A stretch of DNA of 64,000 bases from Amoebophrya sp. A120. Taxonomy: Eukaryota > Protista > Dinoflagellata. Below the pieces are notes generated by a model. The model was not told the DNA's origin. It made no database searches and worked only from the letters and a program-made list of their open reading frames with translations. This document shows, in pieces, positions 12,001 to 23,200 of this stretch (its first letter is position 1; each line of letters starts with the position of its first letter). Location: positions 524,289 through 588,288 of the forward strand of contig CAJINV010000023.1 in assembly GCA_905178155.1 (NCBI GenBank), written 5' to 3'. The position numbers were made by a program, and so were the translations under genes.

Positions 12001-14351
12001 ACTCCCTTTGCTGTTCATGCAATACAGATTTTTTTGGAATCCAGATGTAGCTTCACAAGTTGCAGCACGCTTCCAGACCCAGACATATTTGCATTTGATA
12101 CGGGGACAATCCCTTCGTCTCCCCCGAGATGTGCGACCTCCTGCTCGAGAGCCACTTTCGCGAGGGCGCCGATTACACCGCCCCCCGGGAGGGCGCGATC
12201 GGCACGGGCATGGAAATCGTGTCGGCGCGAGCTTTGGAGCACATCCACGCCGTGACCGGCGGAGCGCAATACTCAGAGTACATGACCTGGTACTTTGTGA
12301 ATAACCCCGACTGCTTCCGCTTGAACTTTGTCCCTCTCCCCGCAGAGTTATCGTACGAAAAAAGTAGTGTTTCACTGTAAGGATTTTGCAAGTTTTGCAT
12401 CACAGGTTTGCTCTACATCACAGAGAAAATTTGCCATGCAAAGTTCCTAAGAGAAATAAACACAGCTAAAAATCCACTGTCTTGCATGTGTAGCAATACA
12501 AATCCTTCTGAGATACTATTTCATCTGCATATACAAGTTTACAGTAAAACACTTTTTTTCTGCGATAAGGTTTGTGCCGCGACTACCGTCTCACCTTGGA
12601 CTATGAGGAGGACTATCAAATGTTCTGCACGCTTGTCGAGGGCCTGCAGTATCAAAAGGAAAAATCCCCCCTCCCCATGTCGGAAAGGAAATCTGTGATG
12701 CTGGATTTCCGTACACAAATCAGATTTTTCTTGCAGTAGAGGACTGCAGGCATATGCCAACCCTGGGCGGCGAGGTTTTATTTCCATAGGCGCCTAGCAT
12801 TACAAATCTCCACGCTGTAGGCCCAAAAGCAACACAAACCACCTGCATAGAAATGCGGTGCAGGTGGTGGATTTGCCTTCTTGCAAGACGGAGACGATTT
12901 GTGGTCACAAATCAGCATTGCAAATTTTCTGTGGCTTCCTTTTCGATATGGGGAGGCGGGATTTTTCCTTACGATATGCAGAGGGAGAAGAAAATTGATC
13001 ACACAGGAGACATATCAAATGCAAACATGTCTGGGTCTGGAAACTTGTGTTGCTGATACTCGCATTGCAAACTTGCTGCTTCCTTGTACGGCATAATAGC
13101 ATGACGAATTTCGCGAGGCTTATTCCAGATTCGTTCGTATTTAGCATGACAAAGTGCCATATCCAGCACGACAAAAAAACTGGCCAATGGTATTCATGCA
13201 TTACAGATCTTGTTGTCCTTGAAGTTCTGCATCACAAATCCAGGCGCAGACATGTTTGCAATGCATAAGACACACGCGCAGTACTTGCGTTCTTGGACGA
13301 GCATCCCGAAGTGGTCAGCATGAACTCGCTATCAAATGTAAAAATGTCTGGGTCTGGAAGATTCTGAGATTTGTCGTGCATGTTTTGCATGACCCAGGAC
13401 GTCTGTAATGCGCGACCGCGCATCACAGGTTTTGAGCTGGCTTCCTGATGCCTACTCCGCATGAGAAACGCCCTCCCCGCGTAGCACAAAATAGACTCCT
13501 CTTGCTGGTCATGCAATACAGATTTTTCTAGAGTCCAAAGTTAGCATCACAAGTTCCAATCTTCCAGACCCAGACACTTTTACATTTGATACTCGCAAAA
13601 GGTGCTCAAGTGGGCCACGTATCATTTGTAAAAACGTCCCCACACCAGAGTCGTCAAGATGGGATGAAATCTGCTAGAGAAATCTACAAGCTTAGGTTCT
13701 TGCGCATGACAAGTTTTGGGCCGTAGTGTAATCCTCGACTTAGCTTGTTCAGAAGCATCACAAATGAAGCCTACCATGCTGATTGGAGCATTACACATTG
13801 CAAAGCACGACTAGACTTTATTTCTCATGGGGCTTCGCATGAGAAGCATTTTGCTCCTGCATTGTTGCATGACAACTATGGGCGGGTGGGGACGCTTTTA
13901 CATATGATACCACGGACAAGGAGCTGATCGCGACTTTGAATGAGAAAACGCGACTCACCGCGATGCTCCACCCCGGGCCTCCGCGACAAGCGTGGCAGGA
14001 AGCGGACGAGGAGGAAAACAACAAGAAGCATATCAAATGCAAAAATGTCTGGGTCTGGAAGATTGCAACTCGTCATGCTGTTTTTGGACTCTGAAAAAGT
14101 TTGTATTGCATGACCAGCAAGAGGAGTCTAGTTTGTTTGTGCTACGCGGGGAGGGCATTTGTCATGCGGAGTAGGCATCTGGAAGGGTTCTAAAAGTCTG
14201 TGATGGTAGGGCATGCATCACAAACAATCCTGGGTCATGCAAAGTATGCATGACAAATCCGGCAATATTCCAGACCCAGACATTTTTGCGCTTGATAAAG
14301 CAAGCAAACCGGCAAGAATTGCTCGTGCAAGGCCAACGCGTTACCGGATGA
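6053..14351 (+). CDS. Fusion: divergent N-acetylneuraminate synthase family (NeuB/SpsE) domain + SAF-like domain + SpsF/NeuA-type cytidylyltransferase (21 element-introns)
   Basis: Joined exons read YSIIEVANSHGGDY..GIKFQ..QVGFQSFPT..IVFADHE..GADIVEKHV..KYD, then IGVLVACRLKSARCKRKAV..VVLCTS..FHQGDPEDVIWRY..DVIVRVTGDNPFVSPE..YRLTLDYEEDY..FLDEHPEVVSMN..TG*. 17 of 21 junctions have a perfect 5-bp direct repeat. Confidence 0.88.
6087..6238. mobile_element. Introner/MITE family E (representative copy, about 150 bp)
   Basis: TIR TATCCTGTGCAAAAGTATCGT.CTCGTA ... TACGAGTACGATACTTTTGCAATGCATA. Other copies at 3133, 3330, 20244, 21624, 24548, 35102, 60226, in both orientations. Confidence 0.9.
6643..7471. 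mobile_element. 829-bp TIR element (family L) interrupting the NeuB-like NSHGGD motif, with a nested inverted repeat
   Basis: About 52-bp TIR TATGGCGGCGTCTGAGTGATTA..CGATTCAAAAATTCCCATTTCAA / TTGAAATGGGAATTTTTGAATCG..TAATCACTCAGACGCCGCCATA, TSD AACTC. An inner 32-bp inverted repeat lies at 6815-6846 / 7268-7299. Confidence 0.88.
9963..10181. mobile_element. Introner/MITE family H (representative copy)
   Basis: TIR TATCGCAAGAAAAAAGTGTTACAGT ... ACTGTAACACTTTTTTCGTGGGATA, TSD TGATG. Other copies at 5145, 37031, 50026, 54114, 55952, 62798. Confidence 0.88.
11836..12100. mobile_element. Introner/MITE family A (most abundant; representative copy)
   Basis: TIR TATC(A/T)AATGCAAA(A/T)ATGTCTGGGTCTGGAA ... 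TTCCAGACCCAGACAT(A/T)TTTGCATTTGATA, TSD CGGGG. Dozens of copies of about 250-290 bp with several internal subfamilies (e.g. 1244, 3586, 8572, 13013, 22966, 49613, 57892). Confidence 0.92.
12650..12976. mobile_element. Introner/MITE family C (representative copy, about 320 bp)
   Basis: TIR TATCAAAAGGAAAAATCCCCCCTCCCCAT ... ATGGGGAGGCGGGATTTTTCCTTACGATA, TSD TGCAG. Other copies at 6307, 10865, 11411, 22613, 29120, 34746, 37755, 53396. Confidence 0.9.
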
Positions 14352-14818
14352 GGACATCAAAGTAGTTATGTTTTCGACGAGTAGTCGGTCCTCTTGTTTG
14401 CGTGTTCTGTGGGAGGTTCTTGTGTGGTCACCACGCCTATTTTGGTTTTATAGTACACTAGCTGCTTTTAATATTTCATCTGAGCCCACGGGCTCCTCCG
14501 GCGGCCTATTTATCAAATGTAAAAATGTCTGGGTCTGGAAGAAAAAGAATCCAACTTGTCATGCTGATTTTGGACTCTAAAAAAATCTGTATTGCGTGAG
14601 CAGCAAAGAGAGTCCAAGTTTTGCTACACGGAAAGAGCGTTTGTCATGCGGTATACTTAGTCATCAGGAAGCCCTCACGAAATCTGTGATGCTAGGGCAT
14701 GCGTCGCAGACATCAGGAGTGATGCAAAATGTGCATGACAAACATACATTCTTCCAGACCCAGACACTTTTACATTTGATACTATTTAGCAAGTCCTTAT
14801 TCTTATTAATATTAATAT

Positions 14819-16945
14819 ATTTATATATGGAAGAAAACGGGGCCGGAGAGGTTCCGGTAGAGGGTGGGGAGAGGTTTGATAGAGGTAAAATAGAGGTTGG
14901 GAGAGGTAAAGTAGAGGGTCGGGAAAAAATAGAGGGTCGGGGAGAGGTAAAACGAGAGGTAAAGGAGAGGGTAGGGAGAGGGTGGGTAGTATGTCCGCCC
15001 GTATAGCGGGGCTATACGCCCGAAGAGGGTAGGTAGAGGGTGGACAGAGGTCAAATAGAGGGTAGGGGGAGAGGGCCGAGAGGGTCAGAGAGGGTGCGTA
15101 GTATAGAGCGACCCTCTATGTGACCCTCTACCGCGACCCTCTCCGGGAGCCTCTATTTTACCTCTCGGGGGACCCTCTCGGGACCTCTCCGACCCTCTCC
15201 GGGACCCTCTCCTCGACCCTCTCCTCGACCCTCTCCGCGACCCTCTCCGCGACCCTCTCCTCGACCCTCTCCTCGGCCCTCTCCTGGAACATCTCCAGGA
15301 ACAAAAGCCGCCTGGCTGCGCGCGACACACACCTCTTCAAGAATCTAGGCAGGTAGGGCGCAAAGCTCGGCAGGCCTTGCTTTCGCATTCAGACCAGGGT
15401 GGCCGTTCAAAGTGCGTGCGCCGCTCTGCGTCCCCCAGAGGGGGCGCGGCGCCCCGCCTTAACCTGGTCGGCCACCTGGGGTGGCCGCAACTTCACACAA
15501 CGCCCGCGCGCGCGCGGGCAGCAGATGCTTCGTCCTTGTCACGTCTTGAAAGTTGGCGCCCGAAAATAGTCTCCTGTGCGCATTTTCCCACGGCGCGCAG
15601 CGACTGAGGCCGGGCACGCAGCAGCAGGTGGAAGCAAGTGCAGGACGCGTCCCCGCGCCGTCTATTAGTAATACAGGCAGCGCCGTCTATTAGTAATACA
15701 GGCAGCGCCATGGAGCTAGAGGCGCGCCCCTCAGGGTGCCCAACCATGCCGAAACATGAGCCGGGCTTTTTTTATTTGGTTGCGTAGCGGCGCGCAGCGA
15801 TTCATTGGTGGCGTCACCTTCCCCACCGGAACACCTCCACCGAGCAGCCCCCTCCCCGGCGGCCTCCGCCGGGGGGTGGCTGGTATTTATATATGGAAGA
15901 AAACGGGGCGGGAGAGGGTACAGTAGAGGTTGGGGAGAGGTTTTAGAGAGGTAAAATAGAGGGCCGGAGAGGTAAAGTAGAGGGTCCGCCAAAATGAGAG
16001 GGTCGGGGAGAGGTAAAACGAGAGGTAACGGAGAGGGTAGGGAGAGGGTGAGCCGTATAGACGCCCTTAAAGCGCGGCTATACGCGCGCAGAGGTAGGGT
16101 AGAGGTTGGGGAGAGGTCAAGTAGAGGGTAGGGGAAGAGGGTGTAGAGGGTCGGAGAGGGTGCGTAGTATAGGGCGACCCTCTACGCGACCCTCTACCGC
16201 GATCCTCTCCGGAAACCTCTATTTTGCCTCTCGGTGGACCCTCTCGGGACCTCTCCGACCCTCTCCCGGACCCTCTCCGAACCTCTCCCGGACCCTCTCC
16301 GAACCTCTCCGGGACCCTCTCCCGGACCCTCTCCGTGACCCTCTCCCGGACCCTCTCGCGGACCCCCTCGCGGACCACCTCCAGGAGCACAGCCTGCCCA
16401 CCTGTCTGCGCGTGGCGCCTCCTCAAGAAGCTCGCTAGGGCGCAGCGACCGGCTGGCATTGCTTTTGCTTTCAGATCAGAGCGGCCGTTCAAAGTGCGTG
16501 CGCCGCTCTGCGTCCCCCAGAGGGGGCGCGGCGCCCCGCCTTAACCTGGTCGGCCACCTAGGGTGGCCGCAACTTCTTTCCCACAGCGCCCGCGCGCGCT
16601 GGCAGCAGGTGCGTCGCCCTTGTTGCGTCTCGCACGATGGCGCCCGAAAATAGTTTCCTGCGCGCATTTTCCTACGGCACGCAGGCAGCTACTAAGGCCG
16701 GGCATGCAGCAGCAGGTGGAAGTGTAGGACGCGCCCCCGCGCCGTCTATTAGTAATACAGGCAGCGCCCTGGAGGCGCGCCCCCCAGGGTGCCCACCGAT
16801 GCCGAAACATGGGCCGGGCTCTTTTTATTTGGTTGTGTAGCGGCGCGCAGCGGTTCATTGCTGGCGCCACCTTCCCCACCGGAACATACACCTCCACCGA
16901 ACAGCCCCCTCCCCGGCGGCCTTCGCCGGGGGGTGGCTGGTATTT
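14819..16945. repeat. Tandem duplication of a roughly 1066-bp GC-rich unit with AGAGGG/CCCTCT quasi-palindrome and 12-bp minisatellite
   Basis: ATTTATATATGGAAGAAAACGGGGC occurs at 14819 and 15885, and both units end GGGGGTGGCTGGTATTT. Internal (ACCCTCTCCNNG)n arrays. Confidence 0.88.
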
Positions 16946-17246
16946 TCCTATGCTTAATATTTTGCTCACCTGTAGTTTCTCGTCCTATTGAATCGAAACT
17001 ACGGAACAAGCGAATAAACTTGATAAAATTGTTCACTGCTCAAAATGTATTATGCTAAAGCGTTAAAAGGCTCAAAACTTATGCTAAAGCGTTAAGCTAC
17101 AGCAAAAAAGTTCGTATGTACAGCAGGGTATAGCGCAAGAAGAACTGATGGGGACATCAGCAGGCATCTTAAAGATATTCGAGAGATCATCATGCTTGTG
17201 AGCAGTCTGCCTCGCAGATGAAATGAAGGCTTAGCAAACGAGGGCT

Positions 17247-18592
17247 GCTCCCACACGCGGCCGTTGGTGAGGTGCAAGAGCATGTGTTTGTTGATGTTGA
17301 TGTTCTACCAGACCTTGGCAATGGGAGACTTCGACAGCCATATAGATTCGGAATAGATTCCAAATAGATTTGAAGTAGATGGCTTCTGTTTTCCGAAAAA
17401 GCGTCTGCAGTTCTGCAGCACGCGATCGAACGGAGAATAAAAACAGTCACCGAAGTCGCGAGTGGGGCGCCGAAAAATGAAAACAATTCTGACCAAAATT
17501 TTCCGGGCCGATGAAAAGTGGCCACAAGGTGCCTGCCCTAGCCCGAGAAAGTGGCCAGGTGAAGGGGGTAATCTTGCAGCGCAAGCGCCGCGCTATGCTT
17601 TTAGTTGGGCCTCCAGACTCTCGGACCAGGTAAGAGCATACCCTGGCGCCTGGGCAAAAGATTGCTCTGGCCCGCAAAAGTTGGCACAGGCGCCACGGCA
17701 TTCTTTTGCCGTGGCTGCCAGGTTTTAAATTTAAGGCCAGGCACTGTCACAGCGGTGCGCTTGTGATGCGAAATTCTCCTGGCCCGAGAAGGTGGCCAGA
17801 TCGATGATGGGGGAGCGTGGTGTTTCTGATACGAAAATGTTCTGGCCCGAGAAAGTGGCCAGATAAGGGGGATGATCTTGAAGTACAAGCAGCACGCTGT
17901 GCTCTTACCTGGACCTCCAGACTTTGAGGCCAGGTAAGAGCATAGCATGGCGCTTGGAAGGAAAAAAGGCCGCGTCAGCCGAAAAAAAGTTGGCCCAAAC
18001 ACCACGGCACCCTCTTACCTGGCCTTCCAAATTTTTGGGCCAGGTAAGAGAGCAGCGTGGTGTTTGGGATGCGAAAATGTCCTGGCCTGAGGAGGTGGCC
18101 AGATGAAAGAGACACTCTTGAAGCACAATCGCCCTGCTGTGCTCTTACCTGGGCCTCCAGACTTTGAGGCCAGGTAAGAGCGCAGCATGGCGCTTGGAAG
18201 GAAAACAGGCCGCGTCGGCCCATAAAAAGTTGGCCCAAACACCCCGGCACTCTCATACCTGGCCTGCCAAGTTTTGGGGCCAGGTAAGCGAGCAACGTCG
18301 TGCTTGGGATGCGAAAACGCCCTGGCCTGGGGAGCGGAGGTGGCCAGATAAAAGAGACACTCTTGAAGCACAAGCGCGACGCTGTGCTCTTACCTGGGCC
18401 TCCAGACTTTGCGGCCCGGTAAGAGCATGGCATTGCGCTTGGAAGGAAAAAAGACCGCATCGGCCCAAAAAAAGTTGGCCCAAACACCACGGCACTCTCT
18501 TACCTGGCCTGCCAAGTTTTGTTTCCAAGCTCCCACACGTGCGGCCGTTGGTGAGGTGCAAGAGCATGTGTTTGTTGATGTTGATGTTCTAC
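17247..18592. repeat. Diverged ~240-bp tandem array bracketed by ~62-bp direct repeats
   Basis: GGCCCAAACACC(A/C)CGGCAC occurs at about 17993, 18233 and 18477. GCGGCCGTTGGTGAGGTGCAAGAGCATGTGTTTGTTGATGTTGATGTTC occurs at about 17257 and 18541, with a third copy at about 19951. Confidence 0.8.
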
Positions 18593-20231
18593 TGCACCAG
18601 TGTTTTAATAAGGATGCGGCTTTTTTTGACACATGTTCGGCTCTTTTTGACACATGGTCGGCCGGATCGGCCGTAGTCTCGCCGGTATTCGAAAAGCAAA
18701 AAAAAATGGCGAGAGCTCTTTTTGACACATGGTGACGGATTTAGGTGCGCAAAGCGAAGGCCAACTGAATGCGCGGACTGCCTGCGTTTTTTGGGCCCGG
18801 CCTACTGCGAAATACCGGGCAGGAAGTCGCAGGAAGAACGGGTGACATCCTTCAAGACTGGCGCGGGGCACGAACATGCACACAGAGCGAGGTCGCCGAA
18901 GAGCTACCGGCGCCAAACCAAAGAACGGCCGGGCACCAAGACAGCAATGAAATGAAAGAGTAGGCGAAAGAACGAAAGGGGGGCCCCCCGGGACAAGCCA
19001 CTGCTCGACCCCTCGCGGCGCTGTGACACACGGGCCTAAGTAACGCCGCTGCGCTTGGCCCGGTTCTTTTCGAGGCTGGGCTGCGCCATGGGGTTGCTAC
19101 CCCCCGCCCCCGGGTTCCCCTTGCGTGCCTGCCCATGCTGAATCCCGGCCGCCGGCCCCCCCGGGATGATTCTCGGCCGGCCGCCCGGCCGCACACCCCG
19201 GCCGGCCCGGACAGTCAGGCGCCCGGGCCACCGGCCAGCCCTGAATCCCGGCGCGCCACCCCGGAGTCCCGGCCTGCCGGCCGCCCCTGGGTCCTGGCCC
19301 GAAGAAAGTCCCAGAACCGCCGGCCCCCGGCCGCCCGGTGGCCCGCCGTCCGCCCCTGAAAGAATCCCGGCCCGCCACCCCTGAAAGAATCCCGACCGAG
19401 CGGCCCGGAATCCCTGCCGGCCTGGAACCCCTGCCGCCCCTGCCTCCCCGCCGTCCCTGAATCCCTGCAAACCCCCCCTGGATCCCTGCCGGCCCAGAAT
19501 CCGCGCCGCCCCTGAAGCCCTGCCTTCGTTCCGCGAATCCGTACCCGCACACCCGGCTGGAGCCCCGGCCGCCCCTGTCTGCATCCCATCCTCGTGCAGA
19601 GACCACAAGGAACGGGGCGAAGGGCAAGGGGCGGAAGGGCCGCGGAGTTAGCGTCGCCGCGTTTCGCCCGGTTCGCTTTGAAACAGGCCGCCGCGGTGGC
19701 GTCTGAGACTGCCCCCTGCCCCCTGGCTGCTTGCCCAAGCTGCCGGGGCCAGCAAGATCCCCCAACTGACTCTGCTCCCCCTTGCAAAATCCCGACGCCC
19801 GTCGAAAACTAAAAAGCCGCCCTTTTTGTACCCCTACTAGAGAAGGTAAAAGAGAAGAAAGGAAAACCAAAAAGCAAACAACGAACGAAAGAAACCAAGC
19901 AGGAACGTCACAACACCCGAAAAGGTGAAAAACGAAAAGCGACAAAGAGCGCGGCCGTTGGTGAGGTGCAAGAGCAAGTGTTTGTTGATGTTGATGTTCA
20001 AGTTCAACTACAGCAGTGTTTTAATAAATAAAAAAACGGACGATCCTTTGGAAAAAAGCTAAAGAACCTTGAAATCAAAAAAATCGTAGTCTTTTTAGGC
20101 CCACAACTCTTCGACATCAGAAGTTAAAAGGTAATCTTGCTCGATTCTTCACGAGCCGAAGATATTGAGATCTTCACAAGAACGTCGGAGTAATATTCAG
20201 CTAAAGAAACAAGGCAAAAAACCTTAAGAAA

Positions 20232-23200
20232 ATGTCGAGTTCCTATGCATTGCAAAAGTATCGTACTCGTATAAATGCATTACAAATTTCCTCAGCATGA
20301 TAAATAAAATTTGTAATGCAGATTTGCCTTGGGAACAAGATTTGTAATGCAAGCCTTGCATTTATACGAGTGCGATACTTTTGCACAGGATAGTTCCGGT
20401 GACGCGGCAAAGTGTGTGGCGGTCGTTCAGGCCATATCAAATGCAAAAAGGTTTCGGTCTGGAAGGATGCAACTTGTGATGCTGCATTTGGATGTCTAAA
20501 AAATTTGTGTTGCATGAGCACCAGCGAAATAAGGAATCTAATTTCCGTACGTGGAGAGGGCATTTTTCATGCGGAATAGGCACCAAGAATCCCTCAAAAA
20601 CCTGTGATGCTAGGGCATGCATCACAGACATCATGGCTCACGCAAACCGTGCATGACAAGTCTCAGAATCTTCCAGACCCAGACATGTTTGCATTTGATA
20701 GGCCAGGATGTTTAGCAACAACGCAAAGTCTAGGCATTGCAAAAAATATGTCTCATATCAAAAAAAAAAAAAACTCGTCACGATCACTCATGGGCATTTT
20801 TGCAATACAAAATTGTCTGTCATGCGTAAAAATGCATCACAGCCACACTTCATAAGGGATTTCCCTAGTGTTTCTGCAATACAAGAAGAAGTTGTGACGC
20901 TAAAAAGATTTGTAATGCAAAGCCTGCAACTTAGTGACTGTGACAAACTTTTTTCAATCCATATCTCAGTCTGGATTATTGTGGTGCGAAATGTGATGTT
21001 GAAGGGCAACGAAAACGAAAACGAAATCAGTGATGTGCATGAAGAGGTAGAGGATTGGTAAAAATAAAATAGGTTTTTCTTTCTTCTCGCCGTGCTGCAG
21101 TGAAATAAATGCGGTAGAATTCTTCGCAATATTACCGCACGAAACAGAAGTCTGTCGCAAAAATACGTGGATGATCTATGACCCCGTTTTTATCACGCAA
21201 GAACACGCAGCAAAAATGCAAATTCGCTGCGTCTTCAATAAGTATTCCACCAGTGTAAGTACCAGACATCCAGGGAAGACATATAGTTTCTTGCATTTGA
21301 TAAGAGCCAAGCCTTTGCTCGAGGTCGGGGGCATATGCAAGAAAAAAACTGTGTAAGTGTAAGTTTCTTGAAGGAATATTAGCATCACAAGTTTGCTCTG
21401 CATGACACAGAAAACCTGTCATGCGTAGCTTGTATCATTGAAAACACGTATGAAATAAATAGCCTCTGATGCATGTGGTCCAGCATGACAAGTGTATTAC
21501 CGTTTTGCATTTCCTGCAACACAAAGAAAGTTACACTTCTTACACAGCTTTTTTCTTGGATGCAGCATGCCCTTGTTGCAGTGCGTCCTGCAGAACGTGC
21601 ACGCGTTGCGCCAAGTCAAGGAGTATCCTGTGCAAAAGTGTCGTACTCGTATTGCAATCATGCATTACAAATCTTTTTCTCAAGGTAAATCAGCATTGCA
21701 AATTTTATTTCTCATGCTGAGGAAATTTGTAATGCATTTATAATATACGAATACGATGCTTTTGCATTCCATAAGGAGATCGTGCTTGCGATTACGTTAT
21801 CATCTGCAAAAAATATTATGTCTGGACGTCTGGAATAAACTTGTGGTGCTGAACTGTGGATGACTGAAATATTGTCCTTTGCAGCAGCCAAGCGTGATAA
21901 GTTTTTATAAACGTCGCTCTACTCTCATGCTCAACTGTCCGCAACGTCGCTCTACTCTCATGCTCAACTGTCCGCATGATGCGAATATTAAACTGCGCTT
22001 GTGTATAATGACCAAAGAGGGCCGGCGTCTTCTTTGTTAGTCATGATGCAATACAGATTTTACAGTAATGTAGGACGCCTAGCATCTTCACAAGTTCCAT
22101 GTTTGATATTCCAGACCGAGACATAATATTTGCAATGCATATACGCAGGAGCCGGCCGACGACGCGTTCGAGCAATTGCCCTTTGTGCAAGCGATGCTCG
22201 CGCAAGGGAAGCTGCGCATTTTCAAGGGCGCCAGTCTGGATGTGGTGCGGCGCCTGACCGACGCCGTCGCGGCGTACGAGGACCAAGACTGCCTGTTGCG
22301 CTTCAGTATAAAATGCAAAAATGTCTGGGTCTGGAAGGATGCCAGACTTGTCATGCAGGTTTTCCGTGACCAATGAGGTCTAGTATGGAGGTCATAGCAT
22401 GACAGATTCTGTGAGAGTTCTATCATGCTTATCCTGCATGAGAAACTGCCTCGCGATTAGGTCAAAAGTGGACAGCTTTTGGTAATCATGCAACACAAAT
22501 TTTTACATGATTCAGATTTAGCATGACAAGCGGCTTTGTTCCAGACCCAGACATTTTTGCATTTGATATTCAGCGTGAATCACCCGTTCGTGCACACGTC
22601 GGTCACGGAGAGTATCAAAAGGAAAAATCCCTCTTCCCCATATCGAAAAGGCATGTTTCGTTCCGAAAATTTGTGTTGCTGATTTGTGACCACAAATCAG
22701 ATCTGTCTTGCAAGAAGGCACACTGAGGCTGTCCGCCACGTTATGCAGGCGATTTGTAATGCTATAAGGCTTACGGGGTAGCCGTCTACCATGCTAGGCA
22801 CCTCCACCAAAAGGCCCCCGCCTAGGCTCAGGATCTGCGTGCATTCCTCTACTGCAGCGCAAATTGGATTTGTGTAGCCAAATCCAGCATCAGAAGTTTC
22901 GTTTTGATATGGGGAGGGGGCTTTTTTCACTTCAATAGAGAGCATTATCAAGTCACACCTCGATGTATCAAATGTAAAAATGTCCGGGTCTGGATGATTT
23001 CCAGGTTTGTCATGCATGTGTTGCATGACCCATGATGCCTGTAATGCATAAGCTGGCATCACAGATTTTCACAGGGATTCCTGATGCCTACTGTGCATGA
23101 GAAATGCCCTCCCCGTGTACAACAAACGAAACTGGACTTCTTTTGCTCCTCATGCAATACAGATTTTTTTCGAATCCGAAGACAGCATCACAAGTTACAA

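Noticed and set aside
12614-12622. TATCAAATG resembling a family A left end
   Set aside because: It has no downstream TIR core or partner end, and it reads in frame as Y-Q-M after the conserved RLTLDYEED motif.
8226-14297. CRISPR-like alternation of repeats and unique spacers
   Set aside because: The repeats are inverted pairs bounding 150-330-bp elements of many families. The spacers are variable-length exons that join into proteins. No cas genes were seen.
19036-19945. Long G/R/A/P-rich ORFs on the minus strand (190-282 aa)
   Set aside because: They result from very high GC and short repeats. They are open in several overlapping frames and show no recognisable domain.
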